Virus record (IMG/VR): IMGVR_UViG_3300020276_000001 | Coordinates: 1 to 64,000 of that record | Direction: 5' to 3' (one strand) | Source: a virus | Taxonomy: Duplodnaviria; Caudoviricetes | Length of the DNA stretch: 64,000 nt | Made by a program: the position numbers and the translations under genes | The notes under the pieces: model-generated | The model's input: only the letters and a program-made list of their open reading frames with translations | Databases searched by the model: none | Told to the model about the DNA's origin: nothing | Shown here: positions 20,646 to 31,133 of the stretch, in pieces | How the letters are laid out: each line of letters begins with the position of its first letter | Numbering within the stretch: the stretch's first letter is position 1

Positions 20646-21209
20646 ATGAAAATAACACAAATAACAAGCGAAAATATAGTTAGCGAAGCTCCTGGTGGTT
20701 CTGCGTTAGGCAATATAGCACGTAAGGTAGGCGCAAAAGTGGCTGGCGCCGTTGGCGCAAAGGCTACCGCCGCAGGAATGACGGGAAAAGCTGATGCTAA
20801 CGACAGATCAAAAGAAATGTTTACACAGTATAGAGCATTTATGGGTCAAACAGGTGGTAATCCAAAAGCACCAACAGTTGACCAAGTACAAGACTTTATG
20901 CAAAAGCAAGGACTTTCAACTACACATCTTAAAGGGTTATCAGGACAGATGACACCTAAGCAGGTTGACGATGTTTTACAAAAAACTGCACAGGATACTT
21001 TTAAAGGCGACCTAGGAAAACAACAAGCAGGGTCGGCACCAGCAACACTAGGACAAAAATATAGTGGAGGCGGTGATGCACCAGCAGGTGGTACTGATCA
21101 AGCAGGCGCTCCAGCTAAAGCTGGCGGTAAAGCTGTGCCAGGTGACATACAAAAAGCAGTTGATAGTTTAAGTCCAGCACAGAAAAAAGAATTAGCACAG
21201 TTGTTATAA
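20646..21209 (+). CDS. Ala/Gly-rich putative internal head protein
   Basis: Late promoter and AGGAG RBS; N-terminus MKITQITSENIVSEAP. Confidence 0.6.
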   Translation: MKITQITSENIVSEAPGGSALGNIARKVGAKVAGAVGAKATAAGMTGKADANDRSKEMFTQYRAFMGQTGGNPKAPTVDQVQDFMQKQGLSTTHLKGLSGQMTPKQVDDVLQKTAQDTFKGDLGKQQAGSAPATLGQKYSGGGDAPAGGTDQAGAPAKAGGKAVPGDIQKAVDSLSPAQKKELAQLL

Positions 21210-21219
21210 GGATAGAGTA

Positions 21220-23526
21220 ATGAAGTTAGGCGAAGTTACAAACTATAATTTAAAATCACAAACAATACTAGCAGAAGGCTGGCAGGATCTTAACGAAGCA
21301 CAACGTATATACGTTGGCAAATGGGAAAGAGAAGTTTGGCCATTAGTAGAAGGCATTAACAAACTTTTTGAAGCTGAACTTACTGCTAAACAGATTGATG
21401 GCATCTTTGGTAATGCAGAACAAGTTGCTATGGATAGTGGTGATAATAAAACTGCACTTGGTAAAGCGGGTGGAGTTGTAGGTGACCAAGCTAAAAAATT
21501 ACAAACACAAATTGACCAATTACTTAAGGCCGCACAAGATAGCGGACCTGTTAAAAACTTTGACGCACAATTTGAAAAACTTAAAGCACAATTAAAAACA
21601 AAACTTGAAGGCAATCCAATGGGTCAAAAGATCCTTAAGACTGTCGAAGGTTACGGAGACTTTGCAAAAGGAAATCCAGCCAAGGCGGCTTTTGTTATTG
21701 GAGCAATGACTTCAGTACTTGCATTTGCAAGTGGTGGTATTGTTTCAGGTGCGGCAATTGGTTTCTTTTTAAAATTAGCTAACAATACATTAAAAGGCGA
21801 TAAACTTTCAACAGCAGTTGCTAAAGGTGTTAAAGGCGCGGCAATTGGTGCACTTGCAGGTGCATTAGGCGATGCGATGGGAGATGCTGAAGCATCTGAA
21901 CTGATACCTGGAGTTGATGCAGATGAAGCCGCTGAGGTTAGTTCAACAATGGACGGTGATGAAGTTGAAGCCGCGGTTGGTGCCGATGCTGATGCTGATG
22001 GCGGAGGTGAAACTCCTGAACTTCCTGATGTTGACGAATTCAAAGAAAATTATATTAGAGGAATGATTGAGAAAGGTAGATTTGCCAATCAAGAGTTTAC
22101 TGACGGCATGGTCCAAAAGATGGCCAACGAAGTTAATATAGTAGGAACATATCCAGATGATATCCAAGGCGTAGACTTTAAAGGTACTATTGTTAAAGGA
22201 AACATTTATCTTACTCCGGAAGAACAAGCAGACTTTAGTGCTTACTTAAAATCACAGCCTGGAAGTGATATGGCTAAGATAATGAGTAAAGAAACTGATG
22301 AGTGGTTAAGTGCGAATGTTAGTGAAGCAGATAACACATTTCAAGTAAGAGATGATGCATTTGCGGCCAAGCAGGCGGCCATTGAAGCAGATAAAGTATT
22401 AGATGCGGCTGAAGTTGAAGGAATGGCTGAAACAGATATCCAAGCCAGAATGAACGAGATCCAGAAATCAACTAATCCAGTTACTGGAGGAAAAATTGAT
22501 GTTGAGAATGGTAAAGATGCACTAGCAAGAGAGTATAGACAACTTCAAAATGAACTTAATCGTAGAGAAGAATTAAACTTTTCAGGTGCAACAACAGATC
22601 CAACAGGACTTATACAAGAGTATACAGATTACCTAGACGACACAATGGTTGAAGGGCCAGTTCTTGACAAAATGAAAGCACTTGCTAAATCAGGTGCAGT
22701 AGCAGTTGGCAAGGGCATGGATAAAGCAGGTGAAAAAGTTGCAGGTGGAATTAGCAAAGCCGGAGCCGCAGTTAAAGGTGCAGGTAAACAACTTGGAAAT
22801 AAAATTACAAAAGAAAAATTAATGAAGTCTTGGACTAAGATGGGCAAACCAACTGACCTAGGATCAATAACAAACATATTAAGCGATGCAGGGTTATCAG
22901 ATGAGTCAATAGGTACAGTTGCAACTAACACAAAGGTTCCTTTAAAACCTACAGCAAAACCAGACGCAGGTGAAGAAGATCCTAAAGCACCAACACCGGG
23001 AGGAGCAACAGCTAAACCAGGAGCAGAACCAACTGACACTGATGCAGTTGCTAAAGGAGTTGATGCAAACAAAGATGGTAAAGATGACAAGACAGGTAAA
23101 GTAATTCAGATGCCCGGCACGACACCAGCTGACGGAGTTGACGCTCCTAAGAGTGGAATAGCAAAAGGTGCCGCAGGTGCAAGTGCACCAGCAGGTGATA
23201 AGAGTATTAAAGTTACAGGAATGCCTGGACAAGGTGCAGGAGGTTCAACAACTTCAACAACTGGAACTAAACCAGGTGCAACAGCAAAACCTAAAGCAGG
23301 TGCAACAGCAGGTGCAGGTGCAAAAGTTGATATTCCGGCACTAGCTAAACAAATAAGTGATGCAGGAATAGGTGCTGAGATAAAAGGTCAGCTTACAGGA
23401 CAGGGTGGCGGAAGTGATCTTGGATCAGGAATGCAAATTGATATACCTACACTAGCACAAAAGATTAGTGATGCTGGTATGCAACAACAAATTAAACAAC
23501 AACTTTCACAAAAACAAACAGCCTAA
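21220..23526 (+). CDS. Large low-complexity putative internal/ejection protein with a hydrophobic segment
   Basis: 768 aa with hydrophobic AAFVIGAMTSVLAFASGGIVSGAAIGFFL and a duplicated C-terminal DIPxLAxxISDAG. Confidence 0.6.
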   Translation: MKLGEVTNYNLKSQTILAEGWQDLNEAQRIYVGKWEREVWPLVEGINKLFEAELTAKQIDGIFGNAEQVAMDSGDNKTALGKAGGVVGDQAKKLQTQIDQLLKAAQDSGPVKNFDAQFEKLKAQLKTKLEGNPMGQKILKTVEGYGDFAKGNPAKAAFVIGAMTSVLAFASGGIVSGAAIGFFLKLANNTLKGDKLSTAVAKGVKGAAIGALAGALGDAMGDAEASELIPGVDADEAAEVSSTMDGDEVEAAVGADADADGGGETPELPDVDEFKENYIRGMIEKGRFANQEFTDGMVQKMANEVNIVGTYPDDIQGVDFKGTIVKGNIYLTPEEQADFSAYLKSQPGSDMAKIMSKETDEWLSANVSEADNTFQVRDDAFAAKQAAIEADKVLDAAEVEGMAETDIQARMNEIQKSTNPVTGGKIDVENGKDALAREYRQLQNELNRREELNFSGATTDPTGLIQEYTDYLDDTMVEGPVLDKMKALAKSGAVAVGKGMDKAGEKVAGGISKAGAAVKGAGKQLGNKITKEKLMKSWTKMGKPTDLGSITNILSDAGLSDESIGTVATNTKVPLKPTAKPDAGEEDPKAPTPGGATAKPGAEPTDTDAVAKGVDANKDGKDDKTGKVIQMPGTTPADGVDAPKSGIAKGAAGASAPAGDKSIKVTGMPGQGAGGSTTSTTGTKPGATAKPKAGATAGAGAKVDIPALAKQISDAGIGAEIKGQLTGQGGGSDLGSGMQIDIPTLAQKISDAGMQQQIKQQLSQKQTA

Positions 23527-23753
23527 AAGAAAGGCATACTTGTCTTTTTAGCAGTTTCAAGATTTTCTTTAACGAGTGTAGCAAAAATTTCTCTATCCTC
23601 AGGACCACAGGCATATATTTCGTCAAGGGTTACACCTCCACGCATATACCAGCACAATCTAGCTAGTTCTAGTTTGAAATTTTTTGTCTCGTTATCAAGG
23701 TCATCAACTAATTTTAGGATCTCTTCGAGAGACTTACTTAAGATCCTTATCCG
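23523..23753 (-). CDS. -1 frame extension (76 aa) of the gp26-like gene; absent from the ORF track
   Basis: Open frame RIRILSKSLEEILKLVDDLDNETKNFKLELARLCWYMRGGVTLDEIYACGPEDREIFATLVKENLETAKKTSMPFF*, entered through the slippery T-TTT-TTC. Confidence 0.7.
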   Translation of the reverse strand, partial: RIRILSKSLEEILKLVDDLDNETKNFKLELARLCWYMRGGVTLDEIYACGPEDREIFATLVKENLETAKKTSMPFF

Positions 23754-24610
23754 AAAAAATTTGACTGATCAAACGTAATAGGAACATCAAAACTCTCAGG
23801 TGCTCCTGCTTCTCGTTCTTCAGCAGTCGTTTCAACCTTAAAAGGCTCCACGTCGTATTTTTTCTTTTGAGCTTCCATGTGTTCAGTGATTCCTGCATAG
23901 AAGTCTTTATCACCTTTGGTAATAAATTCCATTATGTGATTTTGATCTACAACAACTTGGTCGTCTACTTGTATTTGTACAATACCATGTACAACCATAT
24001 CAATAGTTACCTGTGTTAGTTTGTTAAATGAATCAGAGAATCTATCAAGTTTTTCACCATCACTTAATTTTGAGTTACTTACTGTTTCAGCAATTCTTTG
24101 TTCTTCAAAGGTTTTAATTGCTGTTCTAGTAAACTCTCTATAAGTTTGTGGTTTCAATGTAATTTTCATTCCACCGATCTCAACTACGTTTTCGTATTCA
24201 ATTCCTTGATATCTGTCTAATAACAATCTTAAGTCTAGATCAAATTTACGCATTGTTGCCGCTGTGGGCACTCTTGTTTCAATTTCCATCTTCTCACCAT
24301 ATGTAGCAATTCTGATAGCAATTAAAATTGCGTCAACATCAATACTTGGCATCAACCAAGGGTCTTTGATGTTAGGTACACAACTTTTAACTACGTCTAC
24401 AACAGACTGCCCATTTAATAGTGCATCTGGAGTTTTGAAAGCAAGTTCGTCTTTGGCCGTCATAGCATACACAGGAAGTTCGCCATTTTCGGTCATTTCG
24501 ATGGCTCCCTCTGGATACCAGTGACCTTTACTCGGCAAAGACAAGTATATTTTAGGTTGCCTAAAATATTTCTGTAACGGGTTTGGTCCCGTTTGTTTTA
24601 TATCTGGCAT
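23747..24610 (-). CDS. gp26: Baseplate hub assembly chaperone, T4 gp26-like
   Basis: NPLQKYFRQPKIYLSLPSKG, PVYAMTAKDE and DVDAILIAIRIATYGE motifs. Confidence 0.75.
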   Translation of the reverse strand: MPDIKQTGPNPLQKYFRQPKIYLSLPSKGHWYPEGAIEMTENGELPVYAMTAKDELAFKTPDALLNGQSVVDVVKSCVPNIKDPWLMPSIDVDAILIAIRIATYGEKMEIETRVPTAATMRKFDLDLRLLLDRYQGIEYENVVEIGGMKITLKPQTYREFTRTAIKTFEEQRIAETVSNSKLSDGEKLDRFSDSFNKLTQVTIDMVVHGIVQIQVDDQVVVDQNHIMEFITKGDKDFYAGITEHMEAQKKKYDVEPFKVETTAEEREAGAPESFDVPITFDQSNFFG

Positions 24611-24682
24611 GATTTTCTCCGGCTAAATAATAAAGTATTCATATTGATATTTATGGTACGGAGTTAACTAGGTATATAATAT

Positions 24683-27304
24683 ATGGTTCAAGTCACTTAT
24701 CAAGGCGGAGGAATGGATGGCGTTACATCAAATGCCGCCTCAGAAGCCACACTACAGCTACTCGTAAAGTCCCTGGGTGGGGGCTCTGGTGGAGCAGGTG
24801 CCGGTGCGAGTGCTGAATACAGTAAAGCCCAAAAAGCCGGAACTGTTGGACAGAAAGCGGCCAATAAAGCACAAACAACCACAACCAAATCAACCACAGC
24901 ATTAGGAAAAGCGGCCAATGTCGCAGGTAAAGGCCTTAAAATGGTTGGAAATGCGGCCAAGGGTGTCATGGGAATGGCCATTGGAGCAATTGGTAATGTA
25001 GCCAACACAGCGGCCAATCTAGGTAAAGAACTATTAGTAGGCGGAAACAGATTAACAGATTTTTCAAAACACATATCAGGACTAGCACAGACAATACCAT
25101 TAGTTGGAGGTTTACTAGGTGGTGCTATAGAAACCATGACCGGAATGATACAAGGTCAGGTAGATGTATTCCGACAACTCTCTAGTACTGGTATTGACTT
25201 TGGTGGATCTATGTTTGAAACCATGAAAATAGCAACTGAAACAAATTTATCATTAGAACAATTTTCAACTGCAATAGCACAGGGTAGTCAAAACCTATCA
25301 ATGATGTTTGGTGGAGCAACAGCTGGTGCCAGAGCATTTGCAGGCATACAAAAAGAACTTAAAGGATCAATCGGAGAGTTAAACAGACTAGGTATTACCA
25401 TGGATGAGGTTGGCGAATTTACCAACGACTATCTAGAAATCCAAAGAATATCTGGACGTTACAAACAAATGGATGATAGAGCACTAGCGGCAGGAACAAA
25501 AGATTATATTATGCAACTTGATCAACTTGCTAAAGTTACAGGTATGTCAAGAAAAGAAGCGGCCGCGGCTTTAAGAGAACAAGCTAATGATAAGAGACTA
25601 CAGGCATTGTTTGCAACAATGTCAGACGAAACTAGAAAAGTAGTTGACAATTCATTGGCAATGATGGGCAACGTTGGTCCAGAGTTTAAAGAAGGTATTA
25701 CAGAATTAATTGCAACAGGTGGTGCTCCGTTAAGTGAATACTCAAAAGGTTTAGTAGCAACTATGCCAGAGATAGGTGAAGCGGCTCGTAAGTTGAAAGA
25801 AGGCGGAATAACCAACGAAGAATTTGTTGCTACTGTTAAAAGAGCTCAAGCAAAACAACAACAATTTGTAGAAGCCAACGGGGCAATGATAGCAACTGTT
25901 ACAGCTCAAGGTAACAACATTTATGCTAGTACACTTGACTTGGTCAAGGCAGGTAAGATAGCTGGAGATCTGCCAGAAGCTGTAAAACAACAACGAGATG
26001 CGGCCAAGGCGGCAGGTAGAGGATTAACAGAGTTTGAAGGTAAGATTCAAAACATTAGAAACAAAATTGTAAACGCATTAATAGATAGCGGAATATTTGA
26101 TAAGTTAACTATAGTATTTGAAGGTGTTGCTGACACATTTACAAAACTGTTTGCACCAGGTGCCCCAGGAATGGTAGCATTTGATGGTGCCATGAAATGG
26201 ATTTCTGATACTATTACAAAATTTACAGATGGTATGAAGAATATGTCGTTTGGAGCAATGATTAAAGAATACATTTGGGAACCACTTAAAAAGGCAATTG
26301 GTGGTATGTTGTTTGGTACAGCAGGAACACCAGACAAAAAAGACCAAAGAGGAAGAACAACAGAAAAAGGCACAGAAGGTTCAAGTGGATTATTAAGTCC
26401 TATAGTTGACGGATTAAAAAGTGTAGGAAAATACTTACTCATAGGCGGAGTTGCCATGGGAGTATTATTCTTAGGACTAGGATTAGCAATAGGTAAACTA
26501 GCAATACCACTAGGACTTGCGGCACCAGGATTCTTAGCACTTGGTGTAGCAATGGCTGGTATTGGAGCCGCTGGTGCTGGTATATCCTTATTGATAGACA
26601 GTATATTCAACTCTGTTGGTAACCTTGCTGATGGTGTTAAAAAGTTTGAAGACATGGACGGAGCCAAACTTGCACTTGTTGGAGGTGGATTAAAAGAAAT
26701 TACAGGACCAATCGCGGCCCTTGCCGCAGGTGGTATAGTTGCAAACTTTGTAGGTAAAGATGCACTTGGTTCTTTAGCAAGAGGCGTTAAGGCGTTTGAA
26801 GATCTTGATCCTGCTAACTTACACGCAGTTGGACCTGCATTAACAAGTTTACACAAAGGTATGAGTGCATTTACAGGAGATGGTGTACTAGATAGTATTG
26901 GTAAAGCATTAGGAAGTTTATTTGGAGGAAGTTCGGGCGGAATAGCAGACTTGGCAGAAGACGTAAAACTATTTGCTGATGTAGATGCCGCAGGACTACA
27001 AGCAATTGGTGATGGATTACAAGGTATTGCTAACTTCTTAGAAGCAATGGATGGAGCCAATTTAAAAAGTGTATCAAAATCTCTTACAGAACTAACAAAA
27101 CAATTAGGTGATTACCAAACTCAATATAGTAAAATGGATGCAGATGCTAAAGCAAACCTTGTTAGCAACTTCACAAGTTTTGGTGAAGGCCAGAAGGGTG
27201 CCGCAGATAAGTTAGATCAGTTAAATAGTAGTGTACAGATGATGCTCGTTGAACTAAGAAAACAATCAAGAAGCGGTCAAACAGTAGCAGACAACCTCGT
27301 ATAA
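24683..27304 (+). CDS. Putative tape measure protein
   Basis: 873 aa, Ala/Gly-rich and helical, with a hydrophobic stretch and periodic repeats; divergent from the gp26-like gene. Confidence 0.7.
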   Translation: MVQVTYQGGGMDGVTSNAASEATLQLLVKSLGGGSGGAGAGASAEYSKAQKAGTVGQKAANKAQTTTTKSTTALGKAANVAGKGLKMVGNAAKGVMGMAIGAIGNVANTAANLGKELLVGGNRLTDFSKHISGLAQTIPLVGGLLGGAIETMTGMIQGQVDVFRQLSSTGIDFGGSMFETMKIATETNLSLEQFSTAIAQGSQNLSMMFGGATAGARAFAGIQKELKGSIGELNRLGITMDEVGEFTNDYLEIQRISGRYKQMDDRALAAGTKDYIMQLDQLAKVTGMSRKEAAAALREQANDKRLQALFATMSDETRKVVDNSLAMMGNVGPEFKEGITELIATGGAPLSEYSKGLVATMPEIGEAARKLKEGGITNEEFVATVKRAQAKQQQFVEANGAMIATVTAQGNNIYASTLDLVKAGKIAGDLPEAVKQQRDAAKAAGRGLTEFEGKIQNIRNKIVNALIDSGIFDKLTIVFEGVADTFTKLFAPGAPGMVAFDGAMKWISDTITKFTDGMKNMSFGAMIKEYIWEPLKKAIGGMLFGTAGTPDKKDQRGRTTEKGTEGSSGLLSPIVDGLKSVGKYLLIGGVAMGVLFLGLGLAIGKLAIPLGLAAPGFLALGVAMAGIGAAGAGISLLIDSIFNSVGNLADGVKKFEDMDGAKLALVGGGLKEITGPIAALAAGGIVANFVGKDALGSLARGVKAFEDLDPANLHAVGPALTSLHKGMSAFTGDGVLDSIGKALGSLFGGSSGGIADLAEDVKLFADVDAAGLQAIGDGLQGIANFLEAMDGANLKSVSKSLTELTKQLGDYQTQYSKMDADAKANLVSNFTSFGEGQKGAADKLDQLNSSVQMMLVELRKQSRSGQTVADNLV

Positions 27305-27313
27305 GGATAATAA

Positions 27314-29065
27314 ATGAGTTGGAAAAGATATTTTAACCCCGTAGATACAGAACAAGGCGGTTCTGGAAGTTACTCACCTTTGGGTGGTCCGGGTAATAAT
27401 GGAATGGGTCCTGCTCAAGCTAATTATTCTTCTTATCTACCAGATGTGTATGTAGGTAGTCCAAATCGTGTTGAACGTTATGGACAATACAACACAATGG
27501 ATTTAGATTCAGAAGTAAATGCCGCACTAGATATTCTTGCAGAATTTACAAGTCAAAAAAATAAAAACAATCAATCACCTTTTATTATTGATTACAAGCA
27601 AGATGCAACAAACACAGAAGTACAAACTTTAAAACTATACTTACAACAATGGTGTAAGATACAGAATTTTGAAACTAAGATGTTTCGTATATTACGTAAC
27701 ATTTTTAAATATGGTGATGCCTTTTTCATTAGAGATCCTGAAACTAAACGTTGGTTCCATGTTGATCCAGCAAACGTTTCACGTATCATTGTAAATGAAT
27801 CACAAGGTAAAACACCAGAACAATACATTGTTAAAAATGTAAATTTAAACTTTAAAGATGCAGTAGCAACTACACCACATCAAACTAACGGAAACGTTAC
27901 AGGTGGCGGTGACGGATACTTAACAGGTTCAGTTCGTGGACAAGTAGGTGCACCTAATCAATCAATGAGCGGTGGGCGTTTTCAAAAAGACGCAATGGAA
28001 ATTGCCGTTGATGCAGAGAACATGGTACATTTAAGTTTAAGTGAAGGACTTGATGGAAACTTTCCATTTGGTAATTCATTGCTTGAAAGTATTTTTAAAG
28101 TTTACAAACAAAAAGAATTACTTGAAGATGCAATTATAATATACAGAGTACAAAGAGCGCCTGAACGTAGAGTGTTTTATGTAGATGTAGGTAATATGCC
28201 ATCGCACTTGGCTATGCAATTTGTTGAACGTGTAAAAACAGACATTCACCAAAGACGTATTCCTAGTGCAACAGGTGGCGGACAAAACGTTATTGATAGT
28301 GCATACAATCCATTATCAATCAACGAAGACTACTTCTTTCCACAGACTGCTGAAGGGCGTGGCTCTAAAGTTGAAACATTACCAGGTGGTACTAACTTAG
28401 GTGAGATTGATGATCTTAAATACTTTACTAACAAACTTGTTAGAGGATTACGTATTCCAAGTTCATACTTACCAACAGGACCAGACGATGGAGCAACACA
28501 GTTTCAAGATGGTAGAGTAGGTACTGCATACATTCAAGAACTAAGATTTAATACATATTGTGAAAGATTACAAAACCTAGTTATAGAACAGTTTAGCCAA
28601 GAGTTTAAACGTTACTTGCTAGAAAAAGGTATCAACATTGATACTGCTATGTTTGATTTAAGATTCCAACCACCACAAAACTTTGCAAGTTACAGACAAA
28701 GTGAAATTGATAATGCAAGAGTACCAACTTATACACAAATGAGTGCTATACCTTACATTAGTAATAGATTTGCACTTAAACGTTTCTTAGGAATGACAGA
28801 AGAGGAACTTGCAGAAAACGAAAGACTATGGCGTGAAGAGAATGATGAAAATATTACTCCAGTGCCAACAGATTCAGCAGGTGAGTTAAGAGGAGCAGGA
28901 ATTTCAAGTGCAGGTATGTCAGCAGACATGGCCGGTGACGGAGCAGGAGAAGATGTTGCGGCAGGAGATGAGCCTGCACCAGTAGACGGAGGAACAGCAC
29001 CTCCAGTAGATACAACAACGGGCGGAGGAGCACCTGGCGGCGGAACACCACCACCTCCAGCATAA
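27314..29065 (+). CDS. gp20: Portal vertex protein
   Basis: LEDAIIIYRVQRAPERRVFYVDVGNMP, EDYFFP and ETLPGGTNLGEIDDLKYF motifs. Confidence 0.97.
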   Translation: MSWKRYFNPVDTEQGGSGSYSPLGGPGNNGMGPAQANYSSYLPDVYVGSPNRVERYGQYNTMDLDSEVNAALDILAEFTSQKNKNNQSPFIIDYKQDATNTEVQTLKLYLQQWCKIQNFETKMFRILRNIFKYGDAFFIRDPETKRWFHVDPANVSRIIVNESQGKTPEQYIVKNVNLNFKDAVATTPHQTNGNVTGGGDGYLTGSVRGQVGAPNQSMSGGRFQKDAMEIAVDAENMVHLSLSEGLDGNFPFGNSLLESIFKVYKQKELLEDAIIIYRVQRAPERRVFYVDVGNMPSHLAMQFVERVKTDIHQRRIPSATGGGQNVIDSAYNPLSINEDYFFPQTAEGRGSKVETLPGGTNLGEIDDLKYFTNKLVRGLRIPSSYLPTGPDDGATQFQDGRVGTAYIQELRFNTYCERLQNLVIEQFSQEFKRYLLEKGINIDTAMFDLRFQPPQNFASYRQSEIDNARVPTYTQMSAIPYISNRFALKRFLGMTEEELAENERLWREENDENITPVPTDSAGELRGAGISSAGMSADMAGDGAGEDVAAGDEPAPVDGGTAPPVDTTTGGGAPGGGTPPPPA

Positions 29066-29073
29066 ATACTAGC

Positions 29074-29319
29074 ATGATACTACGTGAACTATTTTATTTT
29101 GATAAAGAAACTTTGGAGCCTACTGAAAATAAAGGTTACGATCCAAGTTATGACGATTCTATTGTCTCAAAAGATGATACACGTAAAACAAGATTAACTC
29201 TACGCCAAATTAACAAAATTCGTAAAGCATCTGAACTACATAAAGAAGAGCAACAAAAAGAATTGCACTTTGTTCGTCAGATGTACGGTTTAGCCGCTAA
29301 CGCCGAAGAAGCAGTTTAA
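29074..29319 (+). CDS. Hypothetical head-module protein
   Basis: 81-aa ORF after a CATAAATA late promoter. Confidence 0.7.
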   Translation: MILRELFYFDKETLEPTENKGYDPSYDDSIVSKDDTRKTRLTLRQINKIRKASELHKEEQQKELHFVRQMYGLAANAEEAV

Positions 29320-29337
29320 ATTTTACGAGGAAGTTAA

Positions 29338-29976
29338 ATGTCCACAGCCTTTATAATAGGTAATGGAAAATCAAGAAACCCAATCCCATTAGAAGCATTA
29401 AAGCCACACGGTAAGATATATGCCTGTAATGCTGTGTATAGACACTTTGAACCAGACTATCTGGTAGCTGTTGATACTAAGATGATACAAGAGATCAATA
29501 GACATAAGTGGCAATACAACAACGAAGTATGGACTAATCCTAATAAGATATACAAGGAAATGAATCTTTTTAACTTCTTTGACGAGCCATTGGGTTGGAG
29601 TAGTGGACCTACAGCATTATGGTTAGCCACATACGGAGATCCTAAAAACCCACAAGCACATCAGAATGATACTATGTATTTGCTAGGGTTTGACTTCATG
29701 GGCACTGATGCAGAAAACGTAAAGGGTGAAGGCGGATCACTTAATAACATATACGCAGACACAGAAAATTATAAAAAATCTAATGACCCTGCTACATACC
29801 ACGGTAATTGGGCCAGACAGGTTGGTATCGTTTGTCAGAAAAATCCTCAAAAGAGATATATAAGAGTAGTACAGAACAAAGAGGATTACTGTCCGGACAA
29901 TTTAGTGCAATTAGTGAACTTTTCACACATGACAACGGCAGAATTCACAGAAAACTTTAAGATTTTACAATCTTAA
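29338..29976 (+). CDS. Rossmann-like protein of the DUF115/MptE/sialyltransferase-like (GNGxS) group
   Basis: FIIGNGKSR, YACNAVYR, LVAVD, WSSGPTA and YLLGFDF motifs. Confidence 0.65.
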   Translation: MSTAFIIGNGKSRNPIPLEALKPHGKIYACNAVYRHFEPDYLVAVDTKMIQEINRHKWQYNNEVWTNPNKIYKEMNLFNFFDEPLGWSSGPTALWLATYGDPKNPQAHQNDTMYLLGFDFMGTDAENVKGEGGSLNNIYADTENYKKSNDPATYHGNWARQVGIVCQKNPQKRYIRVVQNKEDYCPDNLVQLVNFSHMTTAEFTENFKILQS

Positions 29977-30075
29977 TGTAAAACCGGCGCATTTAAGCCT
30001 ATATCTACGTACTTTTCTTCAAAATCCATAAATACAATTGACAGCCTTACCATATCTAAACAATAGGAGAGAAAA

Positions 30076-31110
30076 ATGGCAAACCAATCTAAATTTGAAG
30101 CGATGCTTGAAAAGTTAATCGCAGAAGACAAAGCGGGAGCTGAAGAGCTATTTCACGAAATAGTTGTTGAGAAATCTCGTTCAATATACGAAGACTTACT
30201 TGAGACTGATACAGCAGAAGTTGAAGTGGATGAAGCCGCTAAAGACGATGCTAAAGACGAAAAAGTAGAAGAAAAAGAAGAAGCTAAAGACGAAGACAAA
30301 GTTGAAGAAGCATCAAAAGAAGACGATGCAGAAGACAAAGTTGAAGAAAAAGCTGACGCTGACAAAGACGAAGACGTTAAAGAAGCTACTGACGAAGACG
30401 AAAAAACTGACGAAGCTACTGAAGAAAAAGACGTTGAAGAAAACTTTGCAGACCAAATTACACCAGAAGGTGATGATGAAATGGGTGGCGATGCCGCTGA
30501 TGACATGATTGCTGACATCGAAGATGATGGCGAAGGTGAAGAAGATAAAGGCGACGACGAAGACTTAGAAGACAGAGTTGTTGACCTAGAAGATGCTCTT
30601 GATGATCTTAAAGCTGAATTTGACGGAATGATGTCCGACAAAGACGGTGACGAAGACAAAGGCGAAGATGACATGGAAATGGACATGGACGCTGGAGACG
30701 ACGAAGGTGATGAAGAGAAGGAAGACGAAGCAGTAGTAATTGCTCCGGAATCCGACCTTGAGCAACCAGTTGCGTTTGAAAATGCTGAAAAACCAGTACA
30801 ATCAAGTGCAGAGCTAATGAGAGAGTACGTTTCAAAAGTAGCACCTAAAATGGGTGATGCTGGAACAGACGGTACTAAATCACCAGTAGCTGGTAAAAAC
30901 GACATGGGCGGAGAAGCTAGTAACATCGCACAAGGTGGCGAAGAAACTGGTGGAAAAGCACAGGCTCCAAAAGAAGATTCAGCTGGTAACGTAAACGTTC
31001 CAGGTGGAAAAGCAAGTAAGAGTATGTCGAAAGACTCAAAAGGCCACGGCGCAGAGAAAAAAGGCGCAGGCGAAAGTGGAGCAGATAGTAAATCTACTAT
31101 CGGTTCCTAA
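30076..31110 (+). CDS. Highly acidic prohead core/scaffold-associated protein
   Basis: D/E-rich 344-aa protein between portal and protease; late promoter and RBS. Confidence 0.7.
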   Translation: MANQSKFEAMLEKLIAEDKAGAEELFHEIVVEKSRSIYEDLLETDTAEVEVDEAAKDDAKDEKVEEKEEAKDEDKVEEASKEDDAEDKVEEKADADKDEDVKEATDEDEKTDEATEEKDVEENFADQITPEGDDEMGGDAADDMIADIEDDGEGEEDKGDDEDLEDRVVDLEDALDDLKAEFDGMMSDKDGDEDKGEDDMEMDMDAGDDEGDEEKEDEAVVIAPESDLEQPVAFENAEKPVQSSAELMREYVSKVAPKMGDAGTDGTKSPVAGKNDMGGEASNIAQGGEETGGKAQAPKEDSAGNVNVPGGKASKSMSKDSKGHGAEKKGAGESGADSKSTIGS

Positions 31111-31133
31111 TAGTTGTTGTTAAGGAGAACTAG

